Positions 38,120 to 46,551 of a stretch of 64,000 nucleotides of DNA are shown in pieces. The notes beneath the pieces were generated by a model. The model had not been told where the DNA came from. It saw only the letters and a list, made by a program, of their open reading frames with translations, and searched no databases. Made by a program: the position numbers and the translations under genes. Within the stretch, counting starts at the first letter, position 1. Each line of letters starts with the position of its first letter. This stretch comes from Promethearchaeati archaeon SRVP18_Atabeyarchaeia-1 (GTDB lineage: Archaea; Asgardarchaeota; Atabeyarchaeia; Atabeyarchaeales; Atabeyarchaeaceae), in assembly GCA_037308085.1 (NCBI GenBank), contig CP147779.1, forward strand, positions 896,001 through 960,000, read 5' to 3'.

Positions 38120-39346
38120 ATGAAACTGAATCGCGGCGTTGCAGTAGTCGGAGCTGGCATGACAAAATTCGGGCGTCACGCCGATCTGTCCTCCAGGGAA
38201 CTCTTTGTTGAAGCTTTTAGCAAGGCGCTGGTCTCAGTTGACCGGAACCTTGACCGGAAAATGATCCAAGCGTTATTCTTGGGCAATTTCACAAGCGACT
38301 TGTTTGAGCACCAGGGGCATACAGCTCCGCTGATGGCAGACTGGGTTGGGCTCTGCCCGGCTCCTTCGACGAGGGTCGAGGGCGCATGCGCTTCGGGCGG
38401 CTTGGCTTTTCGTATGGGGGTCCTTGCAATAGCCTCAGGACTCTATGATGTGGTGTGCGTGGGGGGCTATGAGAAGATGACAGGTTTATCGACCCCTGCC
38501 GTAACCGACGCGTTGGCTTGCGCCAGCGATGTATCTTATGAGGCGATTCCGGGCGCGACTTTCCCAGGGCTGTATGCCGAGATGGCAGTCGCACACATGA
38601 AGAAGTACGGGACCAAATGGGATATGTTGGCAAGAATCAGCCTCAAAAATCACAGGAACGGCTCAATAAACCCTTTGGCACAGTTCAACAAGTCAATCGA
38701 GGACATAGCAAAAGGCAAGGGATTCACAGATGTCATGCAATTCCTGAATGATTCAAAATCCAATCCCGTAGTATCTTGGCCACTGAGGCTATTTGACTGC
38801 AGTCCAATCTCTGACGGCTCTGCTGCAGCGATCTTGGTCGCATCAGATAGAGCGAAAGAATTCACAGATACACCCATGTACATCATCGGAACGGGGCAAG
38901 GGACGGCCTCAATGGGATTACATGATCGCCAAGATCTCACAACACTCCCATCTGCAGTTGAAGCTAGCAGGCAAGCATACAAGATGGCTGGCTTGACGTC
39001 GAAGGACATACAAATAGCCGAAGTTCATGACTGCTTCACTATAGCTGAGCTGATAGCAACCGAGGATCTTGGGTTCTTCCCGAAGGGAGAAGGTGGAAAG
39101 GCTGCCTCGGAAGGAAGAACTGCGAGAGAAGGCGACAAACCAATCAACACCTCTGGTGGATTGAAGTGCAAAGGGCATCCAGTTGGAGCATCAGGCGTTG
39201 CCCAAGTCTTTGAGCAATTCCAGCAACTTCGTGGAACGGCAGGCGGGCGGCAAGTACCTGACGTGGAATTGAGCTTGACACATAACGTGGGGGGAAGTGG
39301 AAGTACAGCAGTGGTCCACATCTTCTCTCGGAGCAAGCGAAACTGA
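38120..39346 (+). CDS. Archaeal-type thiolase (acetyl-CoA acetyltransferase)
   Basis: EGACASG, DCSPISDG, EVHDCF, GHPVGASG. Confidence 0.92.
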   Translation: MKLNRGVAVVGAGMTKFGRHADLSSRELFVEAFSKALVSVDRNLDRKMIQALFLGNFTSDLFEHQGHTAPLMADWVGLCPAPSTRVEGACASGGLAFRMGVLAIASGLYDVVCVGGYEKMTGLSTPAVTDALACASDVSYEAIPGATFPGLYAEMAVAHMKKYGTKWDMLARISLKNHRNGSINPLAQFNKSIEDIAKGKGFTDVMQFLNDSKSNPVVSWPLRLFDCSPISDGSAAAILVASDRAKEFTDTPMYIIGTGQGTASMGLHDRQDLTTLPSAVEASRQAYKMAGLTSKDIQIAEVHDCFTIAELIATEDLGFFPKGEGGKAASEGRTAREGDKPINTSGGLKCKGHPVGASGVAQVFEQFQQLRGTAGGRQVPDVELSLTHNVGGSGSTAVVHIFSRSKRN

Positions 39347-39361
39347 CAGTAGGATGGAGGA

Positions 39362-39769
39362 TTGAAAGCCGTGGCTGAAACTCAACCAAGCTTCTCAGTA
39401 AAATCCTTCTACGACTTCTTAATCAAGAGAAAACTGATGGGCGTGAAGTGCACGAAGTGCAACGCAGTCTCTGCACCACCGAGACCGATATGCCCAAAAT
39501 GCGGATCAACAAAAATGTCGTGGGTGGAGCTAAGTGGAAAGGCTAAACTCACAACTTTCACAGTCGTGCACGTGGGACCTTCAGAACTGGCGAGCGAGAC
39601 GCCGTACGTTGTCGGAGTGGCAGAACTCAGCGAAGGGCCGAAGGTGTCTTGCAGAATAACAGGTGTCGATCCGACTAACCCTGAATCCATCAAGATTGGA
39701 TCTCCGATGATCGTTGACTTCATAATCAAGGGTGAGAAAGCGGTGCTGGGTTTCCGCCCAGCCACCTAA
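39362..39769 (+). CDS. DUF35 Zn-ribbon/OB-fold thiolase partner
   Basis: CTKC...PPRPICPKC, PYVVGVAEL; follows thiolase. Confidence 0.9.
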   Translation: MKAVAETQPSFSVKSFYDFLIKRKLMGVKCTKCNAVSAPPRPICPKCGSTKMSWVELSGKAKLTTFTVVHVGPSELASETPYVVGVAELSEGPKVSCRITGVDPTNPESIKIGSPMIVDFIIKGEKAVLGFRPAT

Positions 39770-39796
39770 GTGGGGATTCTCTTCATCATCCTTGCT

Positions 39797-40930
39797 CTAT
39801 CCCAGTTCGCCTCTTGATATGATCAGTCTCTGAATTTCTGAGGTTCCTTCAGCGATCTCCGTCATCTTCGCGTCGCGCATATGCCTCTCTACTTCATATT
39901 CCCTGCAGTAGCCGTATCCCCCATGGATCTGGACAGCCTTCGTGGTTGTCCTCATGGCTGTCTCGGCTGCAAAGACCTTGGCCATTGCAGCTTGAGCCGT
40001 AAAAGGTTCGTGCTTATCCATCAGCCAAGCTGCCCTATATGTCAAGAGACGTGCAGCGTCGATTTCGGTAGCCATATCAGCTACCATGAATTGTATTGCC
40101 TCATTTTTGGCGATGGGTTGACCAAATTGTATCCTCTCTTTGGCAAACTTCCTCGCCTTATCCAGCGCCGCCCTAGCTATGCCATTAGCCATCGCTGCGA
40201 CACCAACCCTGCCGCCCTCAAAAGCCGCCATGGCAACCTTGAAGCCATCTGTGCTAAGCAGGTTTTCCTTAGGCACCTCACACTCATGAAACACAAGTTC
40301 GCCAGTAGAGCACCCGCGGACCCCCATCTTATCCTCAATTTTCCCGAAAGAGAAGCCGGGCGTGCCTTTCTCTATAATGAATGCCTGTATACCTTTGTGT
40401 TTCTTCTCGGGGTCGACCGTCGCAAACACCAAATAGATGTCAGCCTCGCCGGCATTTGTTATGAAGGTCTTTGTCCCATTGACGATATATCGACCGTCGC
40501 GTAGCGTCGCCTTTGCCTGTATTGCTATTGCGTCAGAGCCAGCCCCAGGCTCAGTGTAGCCGATTGCGCCTATCTTATCGCCTCTGGCTAGTGGCGAGAG
40601 ATACTTCTCTTTTTGCTCAGAGGATCCAAAGCAATAGATGGGGTTCGTGGCTGCTAACGTATGAACGGACACCACAAACCCAGTCGTAGCACAAGCATAA
40701 GACAGTTCCTCAACAGTGATGGCTTCGCTGAGGTAATCTGCGCCAGCTCCGCCAAACGCGGTTGGGAAAGGAACTCCCATCAGCCCTTTCTCAGCAACTC
40801 TTCCGAGGATACCACGCGGGAAAACGCCCGTTGCATCAACCTCGGCAGCCTTAGGGGCTATCTCCCTGCGAGCGAATTCTCGAACCATGTCTCGCATCAT
40901 CTTCTGCTCCTCGCCAAAACCAAAATCCAT
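39797..40930 (-). CDS. Acyl-CoA dehydrogenase
   Basis: TEPGAGSD, NGTKTFITN, RIQFG, QIHGGYGY, EGTSEIQR. Confidence 0.95.
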   Translation of the reverse strand: MDFGFGEEQKMMRDMVREFARREIAPKAAEVDATGVFPRGILGRVAEKGLMGVPFPTAFGGAGADYLSEAITVEELSYACATTGFVVSVHTLAATNPIYCFGSSEQKEKYLSPLARGDKIGAIGYTEPGAGSDAIAIQAKATLRDGRYIVNGTKTFITNAGEADIYLVFATVDPEKKHKGIQAFIIEKGTPGFSFGKIEDKMGVRGCSTGELVFHECEVPKENLLSTDGFKVAMAAFEGGRVGVAAMANGIARAALDKARKFAKERIQFGQPIAKNEAIQFMVADMATEIDAARLLTYRAAWLMDKHEPFTAQAAMAKVFAAETAMRTTTKAVQIHGGYGYCREYEVERHMRDAKMTEIAEGTSEIQRLIISRGELG

Positions 40931-41165
40931 TCGATGTTCACCCCATAGGTCATTGAAGTGTTCGAACCTAGATTGTTCTTCTTCTCTAGTCAGATGGCTC
41001 AGCTATAAAGATGTTCTGAAGCCATTTCTCAGGTGAGGTAGTGGTTCCAAATCCAGGAAATATAGCCGGTCACCTGGTCACGTAGTACCTCGGGTAACAA
41101 TCATGAACAGAAGAATAAGAAGCGAAAAGTAGGAAGGAGCTGAGTCCGTTGCAAGAAGAGCTGGC

Positions 41166-42359
41166 TCATCTGTTTCCAGGCAAAGGTTCCTTCGCATAGA
41201 ATTTCGCTGAGTATTTCTTCAGCTCGTCTTCGCTCCAAATCCAGCCTTGCTCTTTCTTGTTATCTATGAAGATCATCCGATCTGTGCAACTGAAGCACGG
41301 ATCAATCGCGGCCAATACAATCGGTATGTCCGCGATATATCCTCCTTTAAGCATCTCGCAGGCTGCGGGGATATTTGCGAGCGTGGGTGCTCTTACCTTG
41401 ACCCTCTCAGGCTTGTCAGTTCCATTTGATCTTATGTAGTGGATGAGTTCGCCCCTGGGTGCTTCGACATGGCTAACTGCCTCGTTAGGAGGTATTTTCC
41501 TCGTCAGTTTAGTTCTGAAGTCGCCGTTGGGGAGGTTATCAAGAATCCATTTGCAGATGTTTATCGCTTGGAATGTCTCTTCCACTCTTACTACTACCCT
41601 TCCGGCTACATCGCACATGTCACTCGTTATGACGTCGAACGGAACCTCGTCATATATCCCGTAGGGGTCATCGCGCCTTACATCGTATTTTATTCCGCTC
41701 GCACGTAGGGTTGGTCCCACGGTGCAGAGAGACCTTGCGACGTCAGGCTTGAGCACTCCGATCCCGATGGCTCTCGAGAGTAGCGTCTTCTCTCCTAGGC
41801 ACAGCTTCTTGTAGTATTCTGTTCGCTCTTGGAGAACCTTCAGCGTCTTGTTCACTTTCCTTATCTGCTCCGGCGTTATATCTCTGCGGACTCCTCCAAT
41901 GGTGTTGTAGGCGTAGTTGACACGATTACCGGTCAGCATCTCAAGTGCATCCAACACGACTTCACGGTCTCTCCAGACGTACATTAGGAGCGTGTCCCAG
42001 CCGACTTCATGTCCGGCGACACCCAGCCAAAGAAGATGGCTATGGATCCTGTTTAGCTCGGAAACGAGCGTCCTCAGGTATAGTCCCCTGGGGGGTACCT
42101 GAATCCCTCCGCATTCCTCTACTCCCTGGGTGAAAGCGGTAGTGTGGGCATGGGAGCAGATTCCACAGATTCTCTCAGCCAGGTATATGTCCTGTAAGAA
42201 GGTCCTGGCCTCCATGGCTTTCTCTATGCCCCTATGATTGTAGCCAACTCTCGCAGTAACACCGACTACGTATTCTCCTTCGACATCAAATGTAAAGTTT
42301 GAGGGCTCTTTCAGGGCAGGGTGTTGCGGTCCAACGGGAACCTTAAAGGTCTGAACCAA
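41166..42359 (-). CDS. Group 4 [NiFe] hydrogenase large subunit (EchE/MbhL-like)
   Basis: GPQHP, ERICGICSHAH (L1), EAPRGE, DPCFSCTDR (L2) plus C-terminal extension. Confidence 0.93.
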   Translation of the reverse strand: MVQTFKVPVGPQHPALKEPSNFTFDVEGEYVVGVTARVGYNHRGIEKAMEARTFLQDIYLAERICGICSHAHTTAFTQGVEECGGIQVPPRGLYLRTLVSELNRIHSHLLWLGVAGHEVGWDTLLMYVWRDREVVLDALEMLTGNRVNYAYNTIGGVRRDITPEQIRKVNKTLKVLQERTEYYKKLCLGEKTLLSRAIGIGVLKPDVARSLCTVGPTLRASGIKYDVRRDDPYGIYDEVPFDVITSDMCDVAGRVVVRVEETFQAINICKWILDNLPNGDFRTKLTRKIPPNEAVSHVEAPRGELIHYIRSNGTDKPERVKVRAPTLANIPAACEMLKGGYIADIPIVLAAIDPCFSCTDRMIFIDNKKEQGWIWSEDELKKYSAKFYAKEPLPGNR

Positions 42360-42447
42360 TTCGCTGATTCCTCCACTACTGATGAATAATCGTTACGCCT
42401 TATTCAGATTGAGCAGGCTCTTTTTAACTTCTTGTATCTGTTTCGTG

Positions 42448-42939
42448 TTATTTCTGCTGCTGTTCGGGTGATTTCCAGTCTTTGCGAAGAGGGTAAACTC
42501 CCTCGGGCCAATCGTCGGATAGTTCGAGCCGAGCGAGGTTCGGGTGTCCCTTGAAATCTATGCCAAACATGTCATGAACCTCTCTTTCGTACAGAGTAGA
42601 CCCTGGGATCAGATCCGTAATCGTCTCGATTCTGGGTTTGCTGCGTGGGACCTCAACCCTAAGATTCACTACGACGTTCTTCACGAAGAAGTGAAAGATA
42701 ACTTCGAAGTTCTCGCCAAGGTCCGCACCCGACATCGTTGTAAGATGGTATAAACCCCAATTGTCTTTCATGAACTGAACAGCCTTGCGGTGTGCCCCAG
42801 CTTTGACTTTGAAATAGATCCTACGAGCCCTCTGCACTTTGGATTCGACCAGATCATCACCAAGGGCCTTCTTCAGTTCCTCGACCATCCCATTTTCGAC
42901 GTCAAGCTTCTCGGACACGGTCTTCTTCTCTTCGGTCAT
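42448..42939 (-). CDS. NuoC/MbhK-like subunit
   Basis: YEREVHDMFGIDFKGHP...YPLRKD. Confidence 0.9.
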   Translation of the reverse strand: MTEEKKTVSEKLDVENGMVEELKKALGDDLVESKVQRARRIYFKVKAGAHRKAVQFMKDNWGLYHLTTMSGADLGENFEVIFHFFVKNVVVNLRVEVPRSKPRIETITDLIPGSTLYEREVHDMFGIDFKGHPNLARLELSDDWPEGVYPLRKDWKSPEQQQK

Positions 42940-42959
42940 TTCTCTCAGATCCTCCTCGA

Positions 42960-43391
42960 CTAGGAGCTTTTCAGCTTAGCCAAAAGCTTGGCAACGCCAT
43001 CAATGATCGCTACAGGCTTCGGCGGGCATCCAGGAATGTACATGTCAACAGGGATTACACTATCCACTCCACCCATCACGTTGTAGCATCCCTGAAGTAC
43101 TCCTCCAGCCATGCCACAACCCGAACCAATGGATACGACGAACTTTGGCTCTGGCATCTGCTCATAGACTCTCCTCAATCTTGGGGCAACTTGGCGAGTT
43201 ATGGGTCCTGTAGTTATTAGTACATCTGCATGTCTCGGTGAAGCCATGAGTACGGCGCCAAACCTCTCAAGGTCGTACCGAGGAGTCAGAGCAGCTATGA
43301 CTTCAATATCGCAACCGTTACATGATCCAGTGTTAAAGTGGAGAAGCCACGGCGACTTTACCCGAGCCCACTTAACGACTTTCTCGAACAA
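42960..43391 (-). CDS. NuoB/MbhJ-like hydrogenase small subunit
   Basis: GSCNGCDIE, SPRHAD, PGCPP. Confidence 0.92.
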   Translation of the reverse strand: MFEKVVKWARVKSPWLLHFNTGSCNGCDIEVIAALTPRYDLERFGAVLMASPRHADVLITTGPITRQVAPRLRRVYEQMPEPKFVVSIGSGCGMAGGVLQGCYNVMGGVDSVIPVDMYIPGCPPKPVAIIDGVAKLLAKLKSS

Positions 43392-43595
43392 GGTGATCTT
43401 ACCTTCCTCTAGTTCCTTCTAAGAATAGAAAGTATCTTGACTTCTCTTCGCGAGATCAGAAATGGTATTTAACGATTACCGAGTACTTTTGACAAATACA
43501 CTCACTTAACATTATTCCTGTATCAGGTCGCTCGTTATTGTGTTAACCGGCATCTCGTCGGGTCGATTATGAATGATAATACCTGTCCAGTGGCA

Positions 43596-43973
43596 CTACC
43601 ACTTCCTTTCTTCTCCCGCCTTCCAGATGGGGACAGCGATCAATGCTACGAACAGCAGGATCGTATAAAATAGGACAAGCATCAAGCCCAAAGGTGTGAA
43701 GGTGCCAGCAGTGGCTGCCGTAATTCCAAGGAAGATCATGAATGCCGCTGACTCGAATATGACGAAAAACACTGCGTAGTAGAATCTGTGGATGTAGAAC
43801 TGAACGTTGCCAGCCTGCACTTCCTCACCGCATGCATAAGTGGATTCCTTGTCCTTAGTCTTCTTTCCTTTAGGCGCCATTCTACGTCCTACGGCATAGA
43901 GCAAAAGTGTAAAGGTAAGAACGAGGAGAAACGCGATGACAGGAATTCCAAGTATCTCGGTCAATGAAATCAT
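43596..43973 (-). CDS. NuoA-like membrane subunit
   Basis: KESTYACGE loop, FVIFE, three TM helices. Confidence 0.82.
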   Translation of the reverse strand: MISLTEILGIPVIAFLLVLTFTLLLYAVGRRMAPKGKKTKDKESTYACGEEVQAGNVQFYIHRFYYAVFFVIFESAAFMIFLGITAATAGTFTPLGLMLVLFYTILLFVALIAVPIWKAGEERKW

Positions 43974-44171
43974 ACCTCTATTTCATGTTTCCAAGTCCCG
44001 TTGTTGTAGAGTGAGATTTTGACCACATATAATAACCTTACGCTTGCTTTTGACGATGACAGACTACGACAGGAAAACGTGATTTTCAGAATACGGTCGA
44101 TTACGCTTTTGGGTAATGATAGTCTCGGAATCGTTCTCGCTGAAAATCCTTTGCTTCCCTACGTCACTTTT

Positions 44172-44190
44172 ATTATCTCTCAGAGATAAT
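44172..44190. promoter_or_regulatory. Perfect palindrome upstream of selD (operator candidate)
   Basis: ATTATCTCT-C-AGAGATAAT, adjoining TATA-like TTTTATT at 44168-44174. Confidence 0.5.
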
Positions 44191-44231
44191 GATGATGTAC
44201 TGCAAAGTATGCGACTAAGGAGGAATAGAAC

Positions 44232-45266
44232 TTAGACAAGTTTAGACTGACAAAGCTAGTTAGCGAGCATGGTTGAAGCTGCAAGATCCCACAGAGCGAC
44301 CTAAGGCACCTTCTGGAGAGTGCTGGGCTTTCAAGTGTCATTGGAAACCCCAATATTCTAGCGGGTCCGTTGCCAGCGGAGGACTCAGCGATAATCAAGC
44401 TCAACGAAGATACGTGCCTGGTGCAGACGGTTGATTTCTTCACACCAATCATAGACGAACCGACGATCCAAGGTCAGATCGCGGCCTGCAATGTGACCAA
44501 CGATCTCTACGCGAAAGGGGCCACAGATATTCTCGGTGTGCTAGTCATAATGGGCTTCCCTCCGCAAACACCCAATCAGGTTGCTGTCGACTTGCTGAAG
44601 GGCTTCAGTGACTTCCTTCAAGAACTTGGTACACAAGTGGTAGGTGGGCACACGATCAGCAATCCCTGGCCAATTCTAGGCGGTGCTGCCACAGCCACAA
44701 TGAAAATTCAGGACGTCGTATACAAGAAGGGTGCAAAGGCTGGTGATAATTTGGTCTTGACTAAGCCTCTGGGGGTACAACCAGTAATGGCAGCGTACCG
44801 CCTCCTGAAGGAAGAGGCATCCGGTGACGAACTACTCGGCAAGATTAGCCGCAAAACCATCAATGACGCCATTAGGAAGACAATCTCGATGATGACAACA
44901 AGCAACAAAGCCGCTGCAGAATCGATCCTTGAGGTCAAGGTGAACGCGGCAACCGATGTCACTGGCTTCGGTTTGCTGGGGCACGCGGCGGAGGTGGCTG
45001 AACAGAGTTCCGTGGACCTGGAGATTACCAGTATCCCTGTAGTCAAAGGAAGCCTCGAAATCTCGGACATCTTGGGCTACTCACTCAGAGCCGGGAGCGC
45101 ACATGAGACCGCCGGCGGCATGCTACTTTCAGCTGCCGAAGACAATGTGGAGCAACTTCTGGAGACTCTGCGTAGGCACCGCGTGAATCCGTACGTGATC
45201 GGGAAGGCTCGCACAGGTAAAGGCAAGGTCAAGCTATCGAGGGATCTGCAGTTCATCGAGGTGTGA
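44232..45266 (+). CDS. selD: Selenophosphate synthetase, selenocysteine-containing
   Basis: In-frame upstream extension of ORF 44370: LDKFRLTKLVSEHG-U-SCKIP with TGA at 44274-44276; VQTVDFFTP, GGHT, LTKPLG, TDVTGFGLLGH, ETAGGML; start uncertain (TTA 44232 or CTG 44247). Confidence 0.92.
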
Positions 45267-45272
45267 AGCAGC

Positions 45273-45326
45273 GCTCTATGAGGGGAGAAACGAAACTACG
45301 AAAGTAGAGTTCTCTCTGAAAGAAGC
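45273..45326 (+). ncRNA. SECIS element of selD (eukaryote-like type II layout)
   Basis: GCUCU-AUGA-GGGGAGAAAC-GAAA-CUAC-GAAA-GUAG-A-GUUCUCUCU-GA-AAGAAGC; AUGA core starts 12 nt after the stop. Confidence 0.75.
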
Positions 45327-45643
45327 CAAAAGCAGGCTGGCTGCTTCAACAATTCCTACCTCTAAGGGTCCAATTTGGCTGCATGTTGTTTTGTTCCAGA
45401 TTAGTCTCAGCCGCGAGCTAGCATCAGGCTGCTGGTTCTCCAAGCGCATCATTTTCGACATAGACCAGTTTGCTGCCAAGTCAACTGAGGTCAGAGAGAA
45501 GACTTAAATATCACATGTAATCTCCAATTGCAATCGTTAAAGTTAAGGATACTGTCACACATCAAGCAGATTATCATTAGACGCATGGCGCACGAGTATT
45601 CCTGCATGAACCGCGCGGATCAATCGTGGGGTTGAGAAGGAAA

Positions 45644-45898
45644 ATGGATCCAGCATCTCTGATCTTGGAGATCATACTGCTCGCTTTCATCGCTGTATTC
45701 GGAGTTCTTGCGGTTGAACTGAAGCGCTTGGTTTATGCAGCTGTTTCCCTTGCACTGATGAGTGTGTCGATAGCGCTAGTATTCTTCTTATTCACAGCCC
45801 CCTACGTCGGGCTACTGCAGCTACTGATCTATGCGGGGGCGATAACCATTCTGTTTCTTGCCACAATCAGTTTAACGAAGGGAGAAGAGGAAGAATGA
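45644..45898 (+). CDS. NuoJ N-terminal-like membrane subunit
   Basis: APYVGLLQLLIYAGAI motif. Confidence 0.82.
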   Translation: MDPASLILEIILLAFIAVFGVLAVELKRLVYAAVSLALMSVSIALVFFLFTAPYVGLLQLLIYAGAITILFLATISLTKGEEEE

Positions 45899-46200
45899 CC
45901 GACAAAGGCTCAATTGCCCCAAGGGTCATAGGCGTAATACTCGCCGCACTTCTTTTCATTGCGATAGCGGCAATGATCTTGACGACAATAGTACCCTTCA
46001 ACTTAGATGTGGGCCCGGTTCTCAGTACACTGATTACAGCGAATGACTATTCGCAGGCGGGACTTAATGCTAGCTATGTACTGTGGAGCTATCGCGGGAT
46101 CGATGTCATGGTGCAGGCGCTTCTCCTCTCCGCGGCAGCAATAGGCGCTGCGGCTCTATTCCGGCTTGAGAGTGGGAGGAAGGAAGAGAAGGAGGCATAG
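45895..46200 (+). CDS. NuoJ C-terminal/MbhE-like membrane subunit
   Basis: LWSYRGIDVMVQA motif; overlaps upstream stop. Confidence 0.72.
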   Translation: MTDKGSIAPRVIGVILAALLFIAIAAMILTTIVPFNLDVGPVLSTLITANDYSQAGLNASYVLWSYRGIDVMVQALLLSAAAIGAAALFRLESGRKEEKEA

Positions 46201-46205
46201 GAACT

Positions 46206-46523
46206 TTGGAGCTAGATCTTGCATTATATCTGGGCACTGCCGCCTTTCTATATGCATTGGGCATCTACTGTGTGGTCACTAAGAGAAACCTGATCAAGCT
46301 TACAATCGGTATAGAAATACTCCTCAGTGCGGGTAACCTAAACTTGATGGTTTTCAGCGCATTTCGAGTTATTGGTTTTGCAGACCCGCTACCACAAGCC
46401 CTCGTAATCCTGTCTATCATAATTGGCGCGGCTATCGCAGCTGTAGCCCTTTCCCTGGTAATCAATATCTACCGACATTACGGCACTCTGGACGTTCGGA
46501 AAATAAGGAAGCTCAAATGGTAA
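46206..46523 (+). CDS. NuoK/MrpC-like subunit
   Basis: RNLIKLTIGIE, DPLPQALVI, YRHYGTLD. Confidence 0.88.
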   Translation: MELDLALYLGTAAFLYALGIYCVVTKRNLIKLTIGIEILLSAGNLNLMVFSAFRVIGFADPLPQALVILSIIIGAAIAAVALSLVINIYRHYGTLDVRKIRKLKW

Positions 46524-46551
46524 GCACAATCCAAAGAGGAGGCACAAGACG

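Noticed and set aside
43512-43598. Open frame continuing past the TAG of the nuoA-like gene (pyrrolysine readthrough)
   Set aside because: The NuoA-like protein is already full length, the extension has no motif, and no pyl genes are present
44274-44276. selD as a nonsense pseudogene
   Set aside because: The TGA sits exactly at the catalytic Cys/Sec position and a SECIS-like element follows the gene
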